Source: an uncultured Solirubrobacterales bacterium
GTDB lineage: Bacteria > Actinomycetota > Thermoleophilia > Solirubrobacterales > 70-9
Direction of reading: 5' to 3'
Length of the DNA stretch: 64,000 nt
Assembly: GCA_963702955.1 (NCBI GenBank)
Contig: OY969774.1
Span: forward strand, 1,113,476-1,177,475
Shown: in pieces, positions 43,959 through 52,472 of the stretch
Numbering within the stretch: the first letter of the stretch is position 1
How the letters are laid out: the number at the start of each line of letters is the position of its first letter
Made by a program: the position numbers and the translations under genes
The notes under the pieces: model-generated
What the model saw: only the letters and a program-made list of their open reading frames with translations
Told to the model about the DNA's origin: nothing
Database searches by the model: none

Positions 43959-45119
43959 TCAGCCGGCGCAGAAGGCCTCGTAGTCCGGGAACTTGCCGAG
44001 ATCCTCGTCGGCGATCTCCGGCGCGTTCTCGCCGCAGATCGGGCAGTCGGGGTCGCGGCGCACCTTCAACTCGGTGAAGCGGGTGCTGAGCGCCTCGAAG
44101 AGGAGCAGACGGCCGATCAGCGGCTCGCCGATCCCCAGCACCAGCTTCAGCACCTCATTCGCCTGCAGCAGGCCCATCGTCCCGGCCATCACCCCGAGCA
44201 CGCCGTTGGCGGAGCAGCTCGGCGCCAGCTCGGCCGGCGGCGGGGTCGGGTAGAGGCAGCGGTAGCAGGGGCCCTCGAAGGGGACGAAGGTCGAGATCTG
44301 TCCGTCGAAGCTGAGGATCGAGGCGGAGACGACCGGCTTGCGCAGCCGCACCGAGGCGTCGTTCAGCAGGTAGCGGGTGGGGAAGTTGTCGGCCCCGTCG
44401 ACGATCACGTCGTACTCGCTAAGGATCTCGACGATGTTGGAGGAGTCAAGGCGGAGGCGGTGCTCGACCACCTCGACGTCGGGGTTGAGCGCTTCGATCG
44501 TCAGCCGCGCCGACTCGGTCTTCGGGACGCCGATCCGTTCGGTGTTGTGGATCACCTGGCGCTGCAGGTTGGAGGCGTCAACGACGTCGTCGTCGACGAG
44601 GCCGATCGTGCCGATCCCGGCCGCGGCGAGGTAGAGCGCGGTCGGCGCGCCGAGGCCGCCGGCGCCGACCAGCAGCACCTTCGCGTTCAGCATCTTCAGC
44701 TGGCCGTCGACCCCGACCTCCGGCAGCAGCGTGTGGCGCGAGTAGCGGTCGCGCTGATCGGCGGTCATCCCGGAGGCGGCGACCACCGGCAGGCCCTGCT
44801 CCTGCCAGGCGAGGATCCCGCCGGCCATCGAGGCGACGTCCTCGTAGCCGAGCGCTTCCAACTGCTGCGCGGCGATGTAGGAACGGTTGCCGCTGCGGCA
44901 GTAGAGGATCGTCCGCGCCGACTTGTCGGGCGCCGCGGTCGCGATTTCATCGCCGATCAGCCCAGGCGGGACCAGCTTGCCGCCCTCCAGGTGGGCCTCC
45001 TGGTACTCGTGCGGCTCGCGGGTGTCGACCAAGACGACGTCGCCGCCCTCGATCTCCTGCGCCGCCTCGAAGGGCTCGATCTCCTCGACCTGCTGCTTGG
45101 TCTGCGCCGTGGTTGCCAT
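43959..45119 (-). CDS. sulfur-carrier adenylyltransferase/sulfurtransferase (MoeZ-like) with N-terminal rhodanese domain
   Basis: aa 20-110 or so are rhodanese (active-site loop CRSGNRS). aa 130-386 or so are ThiF/MoeB (LLVGAGGLGAPTALYLAAAG, CYRC...CPIC zinc site). Confidence 0.85.
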   Translation of the reverse strand: MATTAQTKQQVEEIEPFEAAQEIEGGDVVLVDTREPHEYQEAHLEGGKLVPPGLIGDEIATAAPDKSARTILYCRSGNRSYIAAQQLEALGYEDVASMAGGILAWQEQGLPVVAASGMTADQRDRYSRHTLLPEVGVDGQLKMLNAKVLLVGAGGLGAPTALYLAAAGIGTIGLVDDDVVDASNLQRQVIHNTERIGVPKTESARLTIEALNPDVEVVEHRLRLDSSNIVEILSEYDVIVDGADNFPTRYLLNDASVRLRKPVVSASILSFDGQISTFVPFEGPCYRCLYPTPPPAELAPSCSANGVLGVMAGTMGLLQANEVLKLVLGIGEPLIGRLLLFEALSTRFTELKVRRDPDCPICGENAPEIADEDLGKFPDYEAFCAG

Positions 45120-45178
45120 CCGTCTCCTAAATACCCGAATTCCGATCCGGCTTTACTTCATAAAGTATAGCGCCGATT

Positions 45179-46042
45179 TCAGCCGAGGCTGGGGCGCATC
45201 TGGCGCAGGCGCTTGACCCGCTCCTCGATCGGCGGATGGGTCGAGAAGAGGCCGGCCATTCCCTTGCTGGAGAAGGGCCTGACGATGTAGAGCGGCTCGG
45301 CCGCCTGGTTGACCTGCATCGGCGTCGCCTTCGCCCCCTGCTCGAGGCGCAGCAGGGCGCTGGCCAGCGACTCGGGGTTGCCGCAGATTTCCGCCCCGCC
45401 GGCGTCGGCGGCGTACTCGCGCTGGCGCGAGATCGAGAGCTGGATGATCGTCGCCGCGAGTGGCGCCAGCAGGACCAGCGCCAGCGAGGCGACCAGGCCG
45501 ACCGGCGAGTTGTTGTCTTCGCCGCCGAACCAGAGCAGCATGTAAGCGAGGTAGGTGATCGCCGCGCCGATCGCCGAGGCGACCGAGACGATCAGGATGT
45601 CGCGGTGCTTGACGTGCGCCAGCTCGTGCGAGAGGACGCCGCGCAGCTCTTCGTCGGAGAGCAGGCTGAGGATGCCGCGGGTCACCGCGACGGCGGAGTG
45701 CTCCGGGTTGCGGCCGGTGGCGAAGGCGTTGGGCTGGTCCTGCGGGATCACGTAGAGGCGCGGCATCGGCAGGTCCGCACGGGTCGTAAGTTCGCGGACC
45801 GTCTCGTAGAGCTTCGGCGCTTCCGATTCGGAGACCGGTTTGGCGCGGCTCATCGCCAGCGCCATTTTGTCGCTGAAGAAGTAGGAGCCGAGGTTGATCA
45901 GGAGGGCGAAGCCGAGGAAGAGCGCCGCCGTGCTGGGACCGCCGATAAGGGCGCCGATCACGACCAGCAGGCCGGACAGCGTCGCCAGCAGAATCGTCGT
46001 CCGCAGCGTTGCCCCGAAGTTCGACCGCTTGGTGGTGCTCAT
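45179..46042 (-). CDS. htpX: M48 zinc metalloprotease HtpX
   Basis: 4 TM helices and HELAHVKHRD (HExxH). Confidence 0.9.
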   Translation of the reverse strand: MSTTKRSNFGATLRTTILLATLSGLLVVIGALIGGPSTAALFLGFALLINLGSYFFSDKMALAMSRAKPVSESEAPKLYETVRELTTRADLPMPRLYVIPQDQPNAFATGRNPEHSAVAVTRGILSLLSDEELRGVLSHELAHVKHRDILIVSVASAIGAAITYLAYMLLWFGGEDNNSPVGLVASLALVLLAPLAATIIQLSISRQREYAADAGGAEICGNPESLASALLRLEQGAKATPMQVNQAAEPLYIVRPFSSKGMAGLFSTHPPIEERVKRLRQMRPSLG

Positions 46043-46092
46043 GCCGCTCAGCTCCTAGGTAGATGGGTGGCCCCTGATTATGACGCAGCGCC

Positions 46093-46120
46093 ATAACCGA
46101 CTGCCTCGGTAGGATTTAAG
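46093..46120 (+). promoter_or_regulatory. shared suf upstream motif, copy 1 (operator/promoter candidate)
   Basis: ATAACCGAC-tgcct-CGGTAGGATTtAAG ends 1 nt before ATG 46122. TAGGAT (46110-46115) is -10-like and implies a leaderless or near-leaderless rrf2 transcript. Confidence 0.5.
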
Positions 46121-46121
46121 C

Positions 46122-46601
46122 ATGCTGTTCTCTACGAAAGCGGAGTACGGGGTCCGGCTGATGGTCGAGCTGGGTCGCCAGCCGGGCTCCTCGCCGATCT
46201 CGCTGAGCGCCGTCGCCGAAGCCGAGCGGCTGCCGCTCTCCTACCTCGAGCACCTGGTCGCGCGGCTGCGCAAGGCCGGGCTGGTCAGCTCGACCCGCGG
46301 CGCACACGGCGGCTACCGCCTTGCCAAGCCGGCCGAGGAGATCACCCTCGACGCGGTGGTCGAGGCGCTGGAAGGCCAGATCGCGCCGATGGAGTGCTTC
46401 CACGAGACTCCCGAGGGCAAGGTGCTCTGCTCGCACGAGAGCGACGGCGACCGCGCCTGCGCGACGAAGCTGCTCTGGACCCGCGTGCAGGGCGGCGTCA
46501 CCAAGGCGCTGGCCGGCACGACGCTGGCCGAGCTGGTCGAGTTCGGCGGCGGCCCCGAGGGCGCCCCCGAGCCGGCCGCCCCGGTCGGCAGCGCCGCTTG
46601 A
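46122..46601 (+). CDS. Rrf2-family transcriptional regulator (IscR/SufR-like role by context)
   Basis: MLFSTKAEYGVRLMVELGRQ... winged HTH. Cys residues at CFHETPEGKVLCSHESDGDRAC are potential Fe-S ligands. Confidence 0.85.
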   Translation: MLFSTKAEYGVRLMVELGRQPGSSPISLSAVAEAERLPLSYLEHLVARLRKAGLVSSTRGAHGGYRLAKPAEEITLDAVVEALEGQIAPMECFHETPEGKVLCSHESDGDRACATKLLWTRVQGGVTKALAGTTLAELVEFGGGPEGAPEPAAPVGSAA

Positions 46602-46634
46602 CGCTTAATCCCCGAACGACACGAATGGAGACCG

Positions 46635-47399
46635 ATGGCTGAGTTGGAGATTCGCAACCTGCACGTGAGCGCCGAAGGCAAGGAGATCCTCCGCGGCCTC
46701 GACCTCGACGTCTCGAAGGGCCGCGTCCACGCGCTGATGGGGCCGAACGGGTCGGGCAAGTCAACCCTGGCCAACGCGATCATGGGACACCCCTCGCTGG
46801 AGGTGACCGAGGGCTCGATCGTCTTCAAGGGCGAGGACATGACCGCGGCCGCTCCCGACGAGCGCTCCCGCGCCGGCCTCTTCATGGCCTTCCAGTATCC
46901 GGTCGCGATCCCCGGGGTCTCGGTCAGCAAGTACCTGCGGATGATCCTCAACGCCAGACGGGAAGCGCGCGGTGAAGCCGAGATCAAGATCAAAGAGTTC
47001 GCCAAGGTCGCCCAGGAGGCGATGGAGCTGGCCAACATCCCCAAAGCCTTCTCCAGCCGCTACCTCAACGACGGTTTCTCGGGCGGCGAGAAGAAGCGGA
47101 TGGAGCTGCTGCAGCTGGCGCTGCTGCGGCCCGAGATCGCCGTCCTCGACGAGACCGACTCGGGGCTCGACATCGACGCGCTGCGGGTCGTCGCCGACGG
47201 GGTCAACAAATTCTCCGGTCCCGACATGGGCGTCCTCATCATCACCCACTACCAGCGCATCCTGCACATGGTCAAGCCCGACTCGGTCCACGTCATGTTC
47301 GAGGGCCGGATCGTCAAGGAGGGCGGCCCGGAGCTGGTCGGCCAGCTCGAGGAGAAGGGCTACGGCTGGATCGGCGAGGAGGTCGCGGCGAACGCGTGA
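46635..47399 (+). CDS. sufC: Fe-S cluster assembly ATPase SufC
   Basis: MAELEIRNLHVS, GPNGSGKST, FSGGEKKR, AVLDETDSGLD. Confidence 0.95.
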   Translation: MAELEIRNLHVSAEGKEILRGLDLDVSKGRVHALMGPNGSGKSTLANAIMGHPSLEVTEGSIVFKGEDMTAAAPDERSRAGLFMAFQYPVAIPGVSVSKYLRMILNARREARGEAEIKIKEFAKVAQEAMELANIPKAFSSRYLNDGFSGGEKKRMELLQLALLRPEIAVLDETDSGLDIDALRVVADGVNKFSGPDMGVLIITHYQRILHMVKPDSVHVMFEGRIVKEGGPELVGQLEEKGYGWIGEEVAANA

Positions 47400-48640
47400 C
47401 CGTCTCCACCGCCCCCTTCCCGATCGAGAAGGTCCGCGCCGCCTTCCCGGCGCTTCGGCGGGAGGTGCACGGGCGCCCGGTCGCCTACCTCGACAGCGGC
47501 GCCAGCGCCCAGCGGGTGCTGGCCTCGATCCAGGCGGTCAACCGCTACGAGCGGGCCCACCACTCCAACGTCCACCGCGGCTCGCACACGCTCTCGGCCG
47601 AGGCGACGGCGGCCTACGAGGGCGCCCGGGCGACGGTCGCCGACCACCTCGGCGCCGCCGACCGCCGCGAGGTGATCTTCGTCCGCAACGCGACCGAGGC
47701 GATCAACCTGGTGGCGCGCGCCTGGGGCGACGCCAACCTCGGCGCCGGCGACCGGGTGCTGCTGACCGAGATGGAGCACCACTCCAACATCGTCCCCTGG
47801 CAGCAGCTCGCCGAGCGGGCCGGGGCCGAGGTCAACTGGGTCCCTGTCGGCGACGACGGTCTGCTCGACATGGCCGCCTTCGCGCAGCTGCTCGAGCGCG
47901 GGCCGAAGCTGGTCGCCGTGACCCACGTCTCCAACGTGCTCGGCACCGAGAACCCGATCGCCGAGATCTCCCGCCTCTCCCACCAAGCCGGCGCGCTGGT
48001 GTTGGTCAACGGCGCCCAGGCGGCACCGAAGCTGGCGCTCGACGTCGCCGAGCTGGGGGTCGACTTCTACGCGCTGACCGGCCACAAGCTCTACGCGCCG
48101 ACCGGGATCGGGGCGCTCTGGGCGAGGCTCGACCTGCTGCGCGAGATGCCGCCCTTCCTCGGCGGCGGCTCGATGATCCGCAAGGTGACCAAGGACGGAA
48201 CGACCTACGCCGACCCGCCCGCCCGCTTCGAGGCCGGGACGCCGGCGATCGCGCAGGCGATCGGGATGGCCTCGGCGCTGCGCTGGCTCGACGGACTGGG
48301 GATGGACGCGGTGCGCGACCACGAGCGGGCGACGACCGCCTACGCGCTGGAGCGCCTCGCCGAGGTCCCCGACCTGCGCGTCTTCGGCCCGGCCCCGGGC
48401 CCCGAGCGGATCGGACCGGTCTCCTTCGAGCTGGAGGGCGTCCACGCCCACGACGTCTCCGAGATCCTCGACCGCCACGGCGTCGCCGTCCGCGCCGGCC
48501 ACCACTGCGCGCAGCCGCTGATGGACCGCCTCGGCGTCGCCGCCACCGCCCGCGCCAGCTTCGGCGTCTACACCACCGAGGAGGAGATCGACCGCCTGGT
48601 CGAGGGCCTCCACGACGCGCGGAAGGTGTTCGGCCTCTGA
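47396..48640 (+). CDS. sufS: cysteine desulfurase SufS (group II)
   Basis: YLDSGASAQ, HHSN, TGHKLYAPTGIG (PLP Lys), RAGHHCAQP (active-site Cys). Confidence 0.93.
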   Translation: MTVSTAPFPIEKVRAAFPALRREVHGRPVAYLDSGASAQRVLASIQAVNRYERAHHSNVHRGSHTLSAEATAAYEGARATVADHLGAADRREVIFVRNATEAINLVARAWGDANLGAGDRVLLTEMEHHSNIVPWQQLAERAGAEVNWVPVGDDGLLDMAAFAQLLERGPKLVAVTHVSNVLGTENPIAEISRLSHQAGALVLVNGAQAAPKLALDVAELGVDFYALTGHKLYAPTGIGALWARLDLLREMPPFLGGGSMIRKVTKDGTTYADPPARFEAGTPAIAQAIGMASALRWLDGLGMDAVRDHERATTAYALERLAEVPDLRVFGPAPGPERIGPVSFELEGVHAHDVSEILDRHGVAVRAGHHCAQPLMDRLGVAATARASFGVYTTEEEIDRLVEGLHDARKVFGL

Positions 48641-49071
48641 TGGACGAGCTCTATCGCGATCAGATCCTTGAGCACTACAAGCGGCCGCACAACTTCGGCC
48701 GGCTGGAGCACGCGGATCTCGAGTACGAGGACACGAACCCGTTCTGCGGCGACGAGCAGCATGTGACGATCCGGCTCGACGAGGACGACCGGGTCGCCGA
48801 GATCGCCTTCGAGGGCCAGGGCTGCGCGATCTCGACCGCGGCGACCTCGCTGCTGACCGACGAGCTCGCCGGCAAGAGCCGCGAGGAGCTGCTGCGACTG
48901 CCGAAGGAGTTCGTCCTCGATCTGCTCGGGATCGAGATCTCGGCGACGCGGATGAAGTGCGCGATGCTCGGCCTCAAGGTCGTCAAGAGCGCCGGCCTCG
49001 GCCAGCCGGCCGAATGGGAGGACGAGGGCGAGAGCGGCGACCCTACGGAAGCCGCGGCCGACCTCAAGTGA
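48640..49071 (+). CDS. sufU: SufU/IscU-like sulfur acceptor-scaffold
   Basis: ATG 48640 overlaps the sufS stop (TGATG). MDELYRDQILEHYKRPHNFG, Cys ligands in NPFCGDE, GQGCAIS, RMKCAML, and an acidic C-terminal tail. Confidence 0.9.
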   Translation: MDELYRDQILEHYKRPHNFGRLEHADLEYEDTNPFCGDEQHVTIRLDEDDRVAEIAFEGQGCAISTAATSLLTDELAGKSREELLRLPKEFVLDLLGIEISATRMKCAMLGLKVVKSAGLGQPAEWEDEGESGDPTEAAADLK

Positions 49072-49110
49072 AGCATTTGGGGTAGTGCACTACCCCAAAT
49101 GCTTCACTTG
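49065..49110. terminator. perfect 46-bp palindrome spanning both stop codons of the convergent sufU and mmpL genes (family member 2)
   Basis: CAAGTGAAGCATTTGGGGTAGTG|CACTACCCCAAATGCTTCACTTG. Every position pairs. sufU TGA is at 49069-49071 and mmpL TGA at 49106-49104. Confidence 0.8.
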
Positions 49111-51215
49111 AGCGAGCCGGGCCACCAGGCGCGGTCGCCGAGCAGGTAGGTGATCGCGGGGATCAGCAGCGCCCGGACGACGAAGGTGTCGAGGAGGACG
49201 CCGACGGCGACGGCGGCGCCGATCTGGACCAGCTCTTCCAGCGGCAGCAGGGTCAGCGTCGCGAAGGTCCCGGCGAGGACGATGCCGGCGCCGGTGACGA
49301 CGCCGCCGGTGTTCTCGAGGGCGACGAGGACGCCGTCGCGGGTTCCCAGCCGGGCCGCCTCCTCGCGGGCGCGGGTCATCAGGAAGATGTTGTAGTCGAC
49401 CCCCAGGGCGACGAGGAAGATGAAGGCGATCAGGACGAGGTCGAAGGCGATCCCGCCCGAGCCGATCAGGTCGGCGAAGGCGAAGGTGACGAGGCCGAGG
49501 GTCGCCGCGAACGAGGCGACGACGGTGGCGATCAGGTAGGCCGGCGCCGCCAGCGCCTGCAGCACCAGGGCGAGGATCAGCGCGACGACCACCAGCACCA
49601 CCGGGACGATCAGCCTGGTGTCGCGGGCGTTGGTCTGCTCGACGTCGAAGTTCTCGGCGGGGATGCCGCCGAGGAGGGCGCTCGGCGCCACCTGCAGCAG
49701 CCGGTCGCGAATTCCCTCGACGGCCGCCGCGGCCGCGCCCGAGTAGGGATTGCCGCGCATCACGATCGTCAGCACCGCCTCGCTCGACCCCGGCGAGGGC
49801 GGCACCGGCAGGGTCAGCTTGACGGCGGCGAGGTGCTTCAGGCCCGCCAGCGCCGACTCCACTTCGCCGACGTCGACCACGGCGGTCAGCGGCGAGCCCA
49901 GCCCCGGCGGGAAGTGTTCGTCGAGGACTTCGCTGCCGCGGCTCGATTCGGTCGGTCCGATCTCCCCCTGCCCGAAACCGATCGTGCCGTGGCCGACCAG
50001 GTTGCCGAGCGAGAGCAGCGCCAGCACGCAGAGCACCGCGACGACGATCGTCCGCGGCCGGCGGCGGACGAAGTCGGCGATCCTTCTCCAGCGCCGGTCG
50101 GGCCCGGCCGCCCGGCGAGGTCGCGCCGGCCAGAAGGCACGCTCGCCGAGCACCGCGAGGAGGGCCGGGAACAGGGTGAAGGCCGCGACGAGCATCACCG
50201 CGACGCCGACGGCGAGTACCGGGCCGAGCCAATGGGTCAACTGCAGGTCGGCCAGCAGCAGCACCAGCATCGCCGCGATCACGGTCCCGGCCGAGGCGGC
50301 GATCGCCGGCACGCTCTCGCGCACCGCGAGCGGCAGCGCGGCGGCCGGCTCCCGTCCCCTGCTGATCTCCTCGCGGTAGCGATGCACCAGCAGCATCGTG
50401 TAGTCGGTGCCGGCGCCGAAGATCAGCACGAGCAGCAGCAGCGTGCCCTCGGTGTTGACCGTGATCAGACCCGCCTCGATCAGCAGGTAGACGACGCCGG
50501 TCGCGACCAAGTAGGCGGCGCCGACCGTGAGCAGCGGCAGCAGCGCCAGGACCGGCGCCCGGTAGACGAGCAGGAGCAGGAGGAAGACCAGGCCGAGCGC
50601 AGCGACGAGCAACGTCTGCCCGGCGTCTTCGGCCACCTGCTCGAGGTCCGCGGCGATGCCGCCCGGTCCGGTGACGTAGGACTGCAGGCCGGGCCGACGG
50701 TGGGCGGCGAGGTAGCTGCGGATCTGGCCGACGCCGGCGACGACGGCGCCACGGTCGCCGGCGTTCAGCGCCAGCGCGACCAGCGCCGCTTCCCCGTCGC
50801 GGGAGATCGGACCGACGCCATCGGCGATCGTCGCCACCTTCCCCAGCGGCCTCCCGGTGTCGCCGGAGTAAGGAGCGAAGACCGGGGTGGCGCCGCGCAG
50901 GCCGAGCCGTTCGAGGCCGCTGCCGAGCCTGCCGATCGCGTTCAGATCGGCCGCGGTGAGCCCGCCCCGGCGGTCGAAGACGATCAGGACCGGGACGTCG
51001 TTGCCCCCTTTGTAGTTGCGCTGGAGGGCGTCAACGACGCGGGTCGATTCGGAGTTCGAGGGCAGGAAGCTGGTCTGGCCCGCTGCGGTGACGCCGCCGA
51101 TCCGGGCGTGCGCGAACAGGCCGGCGAGGCCGAGCAGCGCCCAGGCCGCGATCGTCAGCCGGCGCCCGCGCGGGCCGGTGACGGCCGCGACAGAGCGCTG
51201 GATCGTGCGGCTCAC
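49104..51215 (-). CDS. MMPL-family (RND superfamily) membrane transporter
   Basis: 703 aa, two 6-TM bundles with intervening periplasmic domains, typical MMPL sequence (GTDYTMLLVHRYREE, GVDYNIFLMTRAREE). Confidence 0.9.
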   Translation of the reverse strand: MSRTIQRSVAAVTGPRGRRLTIAAWALLGLAGLFAHARIGGVTAAGQTSFLPSNSESTRVVDALQRNYKGGNDVPVLIVFDRRGGLTAADLNAIGRLGSGLERLGLRGATPVFAPYSGDTGRPLGKVATIADGVGPISRDGEAALVALALNAGDRGAVVAGVGQIRSYLAAHRRPGLQSYVTGPGGIAADLEQVAEDAGQTLLVAALGLVFLLLLLVYRAPVLALLPLLTVGAAYLVATGVVYLLIEAGLITVNTEGTLLLLVLIFGAGTDYTMLLVHRYREEISRGREPAAALPLAVRESVPAIAASAGTVIAAMLVLLLADLQLTHWLGPVLAVGVAVMLVAAFTLFPALLAVLGERAFWPARPRRAAGPDRRWRRIADFVRRRPRTIVVAVLCVLALLSLGNLVGHGTIGFGQGEIGPTESSRGSEVLDEHFPPGLGSPLTAVVDVGEVESALAGLKHLAAVKLTLPVPPSPGSSEAVLTIVMRGNPYSGAAAAAVEGIRDRLLQVAPSALLGGIPAENFDVEQTNARDTRLIVPVVLVVVALILALVLQALAAPAYLIATVVASFAATLGLVTFAFADLIGSGGIAFDLVLIAFIFLVALGVDYNIFLMTRAREEAARLGTRDGVLVALENTGGVVTGAGIVLAGTFATLTLLPLEELVQIGAAVAVGVLLDTFVVRALLIPAITYLLGDRAWWPGSLK

Positions 51216-51266
51216 GGCGCGGGAGCCTAGCTGCCCCCGCGCCCGTCCCGCGAGCCTCGGCTCGCC

Positions 51267-52061
51267 CTAAGCGCTCGCCCCGCCTTCGCCACTGGGCGTG
51301 ATCACCGCGAAGACGCCCCCGAACGGGTCGTGGACGACGGCGAAGCGGCCGGGGGCGATGTCGACCGCGGCCATGTTGACGCCGCCGCCCAGCTCCTCCA
51401 CCTTCGCCACGGTCGCGTCGGTGTCGTCCACCGCGAAGTAGGTCAGCCAGTTGGGGGGCACCTCGTCGGGGACGCGGCCGCTCATGTCGAAGATGCCGCC
51501 GACAATGCCGTCCCCGAGCTTGACCGTGGTGTAGGTGCCCATCCCCTCGAACTCCTCGTCTTCGAACGACCAGCCGAAGACGGCGCCGTAGAACCGCTTG
51601 GCGGCGTCCGGATCGCGGGTGTTGAGCTCGTTCCAGGTGAAGGCACCGGGCTCGTTGACGAGTTCGGCGCCGAGGAACGTCCCCGGCTGCCAGATGCCGA
51701 AGAAGGCGCCGGTCGGATCGGTGAAGATCGCCATCCGGCCGAGGTCCATCACGTCCATCGGCTCGGCGATCACCGTGCCCCCGGCCGCGGTCACCTTGGC
51801 CGCGGTCGCATCGGCGTCCGCGACCGAGACGTAGGTGCTCCAGGCGACCGGCTGGCCCGCCTGCATCAGCGGCGTCAGGCCGGCGACCGGCTTGCCGCGC
51901 AGCAGCGCCTGCCGGTAGCCGCCCGTCTGCTCGGCGTTCTCGGCCTCCGGCGCGTCCCAACCGAACAGCGACCCGTAGAACCCGGCCGCGGCCTCGATGT
52001 CCGGAACCCCTAGATCGACCCAGCAGGGAATTCCCGGCTCGTAACTCGTTCTCTCGCTCAT
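51267..52061 (-). CDS. two-domain VOC (glyoxalase/bleomycin-resistance fold) protein
   Basis: Internal duplication (FYGSLFGW... / FYGAVFGW...), typical of the actinobacterial VOC family. Confidence 0.8.
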   Translation of the reverse strand: MSERTSYEPGIPCWVDLGVPDIEAAAGFYGSLFGWDAPEAENAEQTGGYRQALLRGKPVAGLTPLMQAGQPVAWSTYVSVADADATAAKVTAAGGTVIAEPMDVMDLGRMAIFTDPTGAFFGIWQPGTFLGAELVNEPGAFTWNELNTRDPDAAKRFYGAVFGWSFEDEEFEGMGTYTTVKLGDGIVGGIFDMSGRVPDEVPPNWLTYFAVDDTDATVAKVEELGGGVNMAAVDIAPGRFAVVHDPFGGVFAVITPSGEGGASA

Positions 52062-52076
52062 CGTCGCCTTTCTCTA

Positions 52077-52103
52077 AAATCCGACCGTAGCGGTAGGATT
52101 AAG
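52077..52103 (+). promoter_or_regulatory. shared suf upstream motif, copy 2
   Basis: AAATCCGAC-cgtag-CGGTAGGATT-AAG lies 37 nt upstream of ATG 52140. Same CCGAC-N5-CGGTAGGATT block as at 46097-46116. Confidence 0.5.
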
Positions 52104-52139
52104 TCTCAACCCGCACGAAGCAAGGCTACCCCGACACTC

Positions 52140-52466
52140 ATGACAGACACCACCGGAACGACCATCGCCGTTTGCCCGCTCGCCGAGCTGGCGCCCGGCA
52201 CCATGCGGCTGGTCGAGCACGAGGGTACGAAGATCGGGGTCTTCAACTGTGACGGAGCTGTGTACGCGATCGAGGATCGCTGCTCGCACGACGACGGGCC
52301 GCTCGCCGAGGGCGAGTTCGACGGCGCCACCTGCACCGTCGAGTGCCCCCGTCACGGATCGCTCTTCGACCTGACCACCGGCAGGCCGAAGACCCTCCCC
52401 GCCTATGCTCCGGTGCGGACGTTCGCGACGGCCGTCGTGGACGACACCATCGTCTTGGAGGTCTGA
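52140..52466 (+). CDS. Rieske [2Fe-2S] ferredoxin-like protein (suf-associated)
   Basis: CSHDDGPL ... CPRHGSLFDL Rieske ligands. 108 aa. Confidence 0.88.
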   Translation: MTDTTGTTIAVCPLAELAPGTMRLVEHEGTKIGVFNCDGAVYAIEDRCSHDDGPLAEGEFDGATCTVECPRHGSLFDLTTGRPKTLPAYAPVRTFATAVVDDTIVLEV

Positions 52467-52472
52467 CAGACC

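Noticed and set aside
46972-49071. 699-aa plus-strand ORF covering sufC/sufS/sufU
   Set aside because: Only the last 144 codons (from ATG 48640) are real; they are sufU. The upstream part is an out-of-frame read-through of sufC and sufS with Arg/Pro-rich nonsense.
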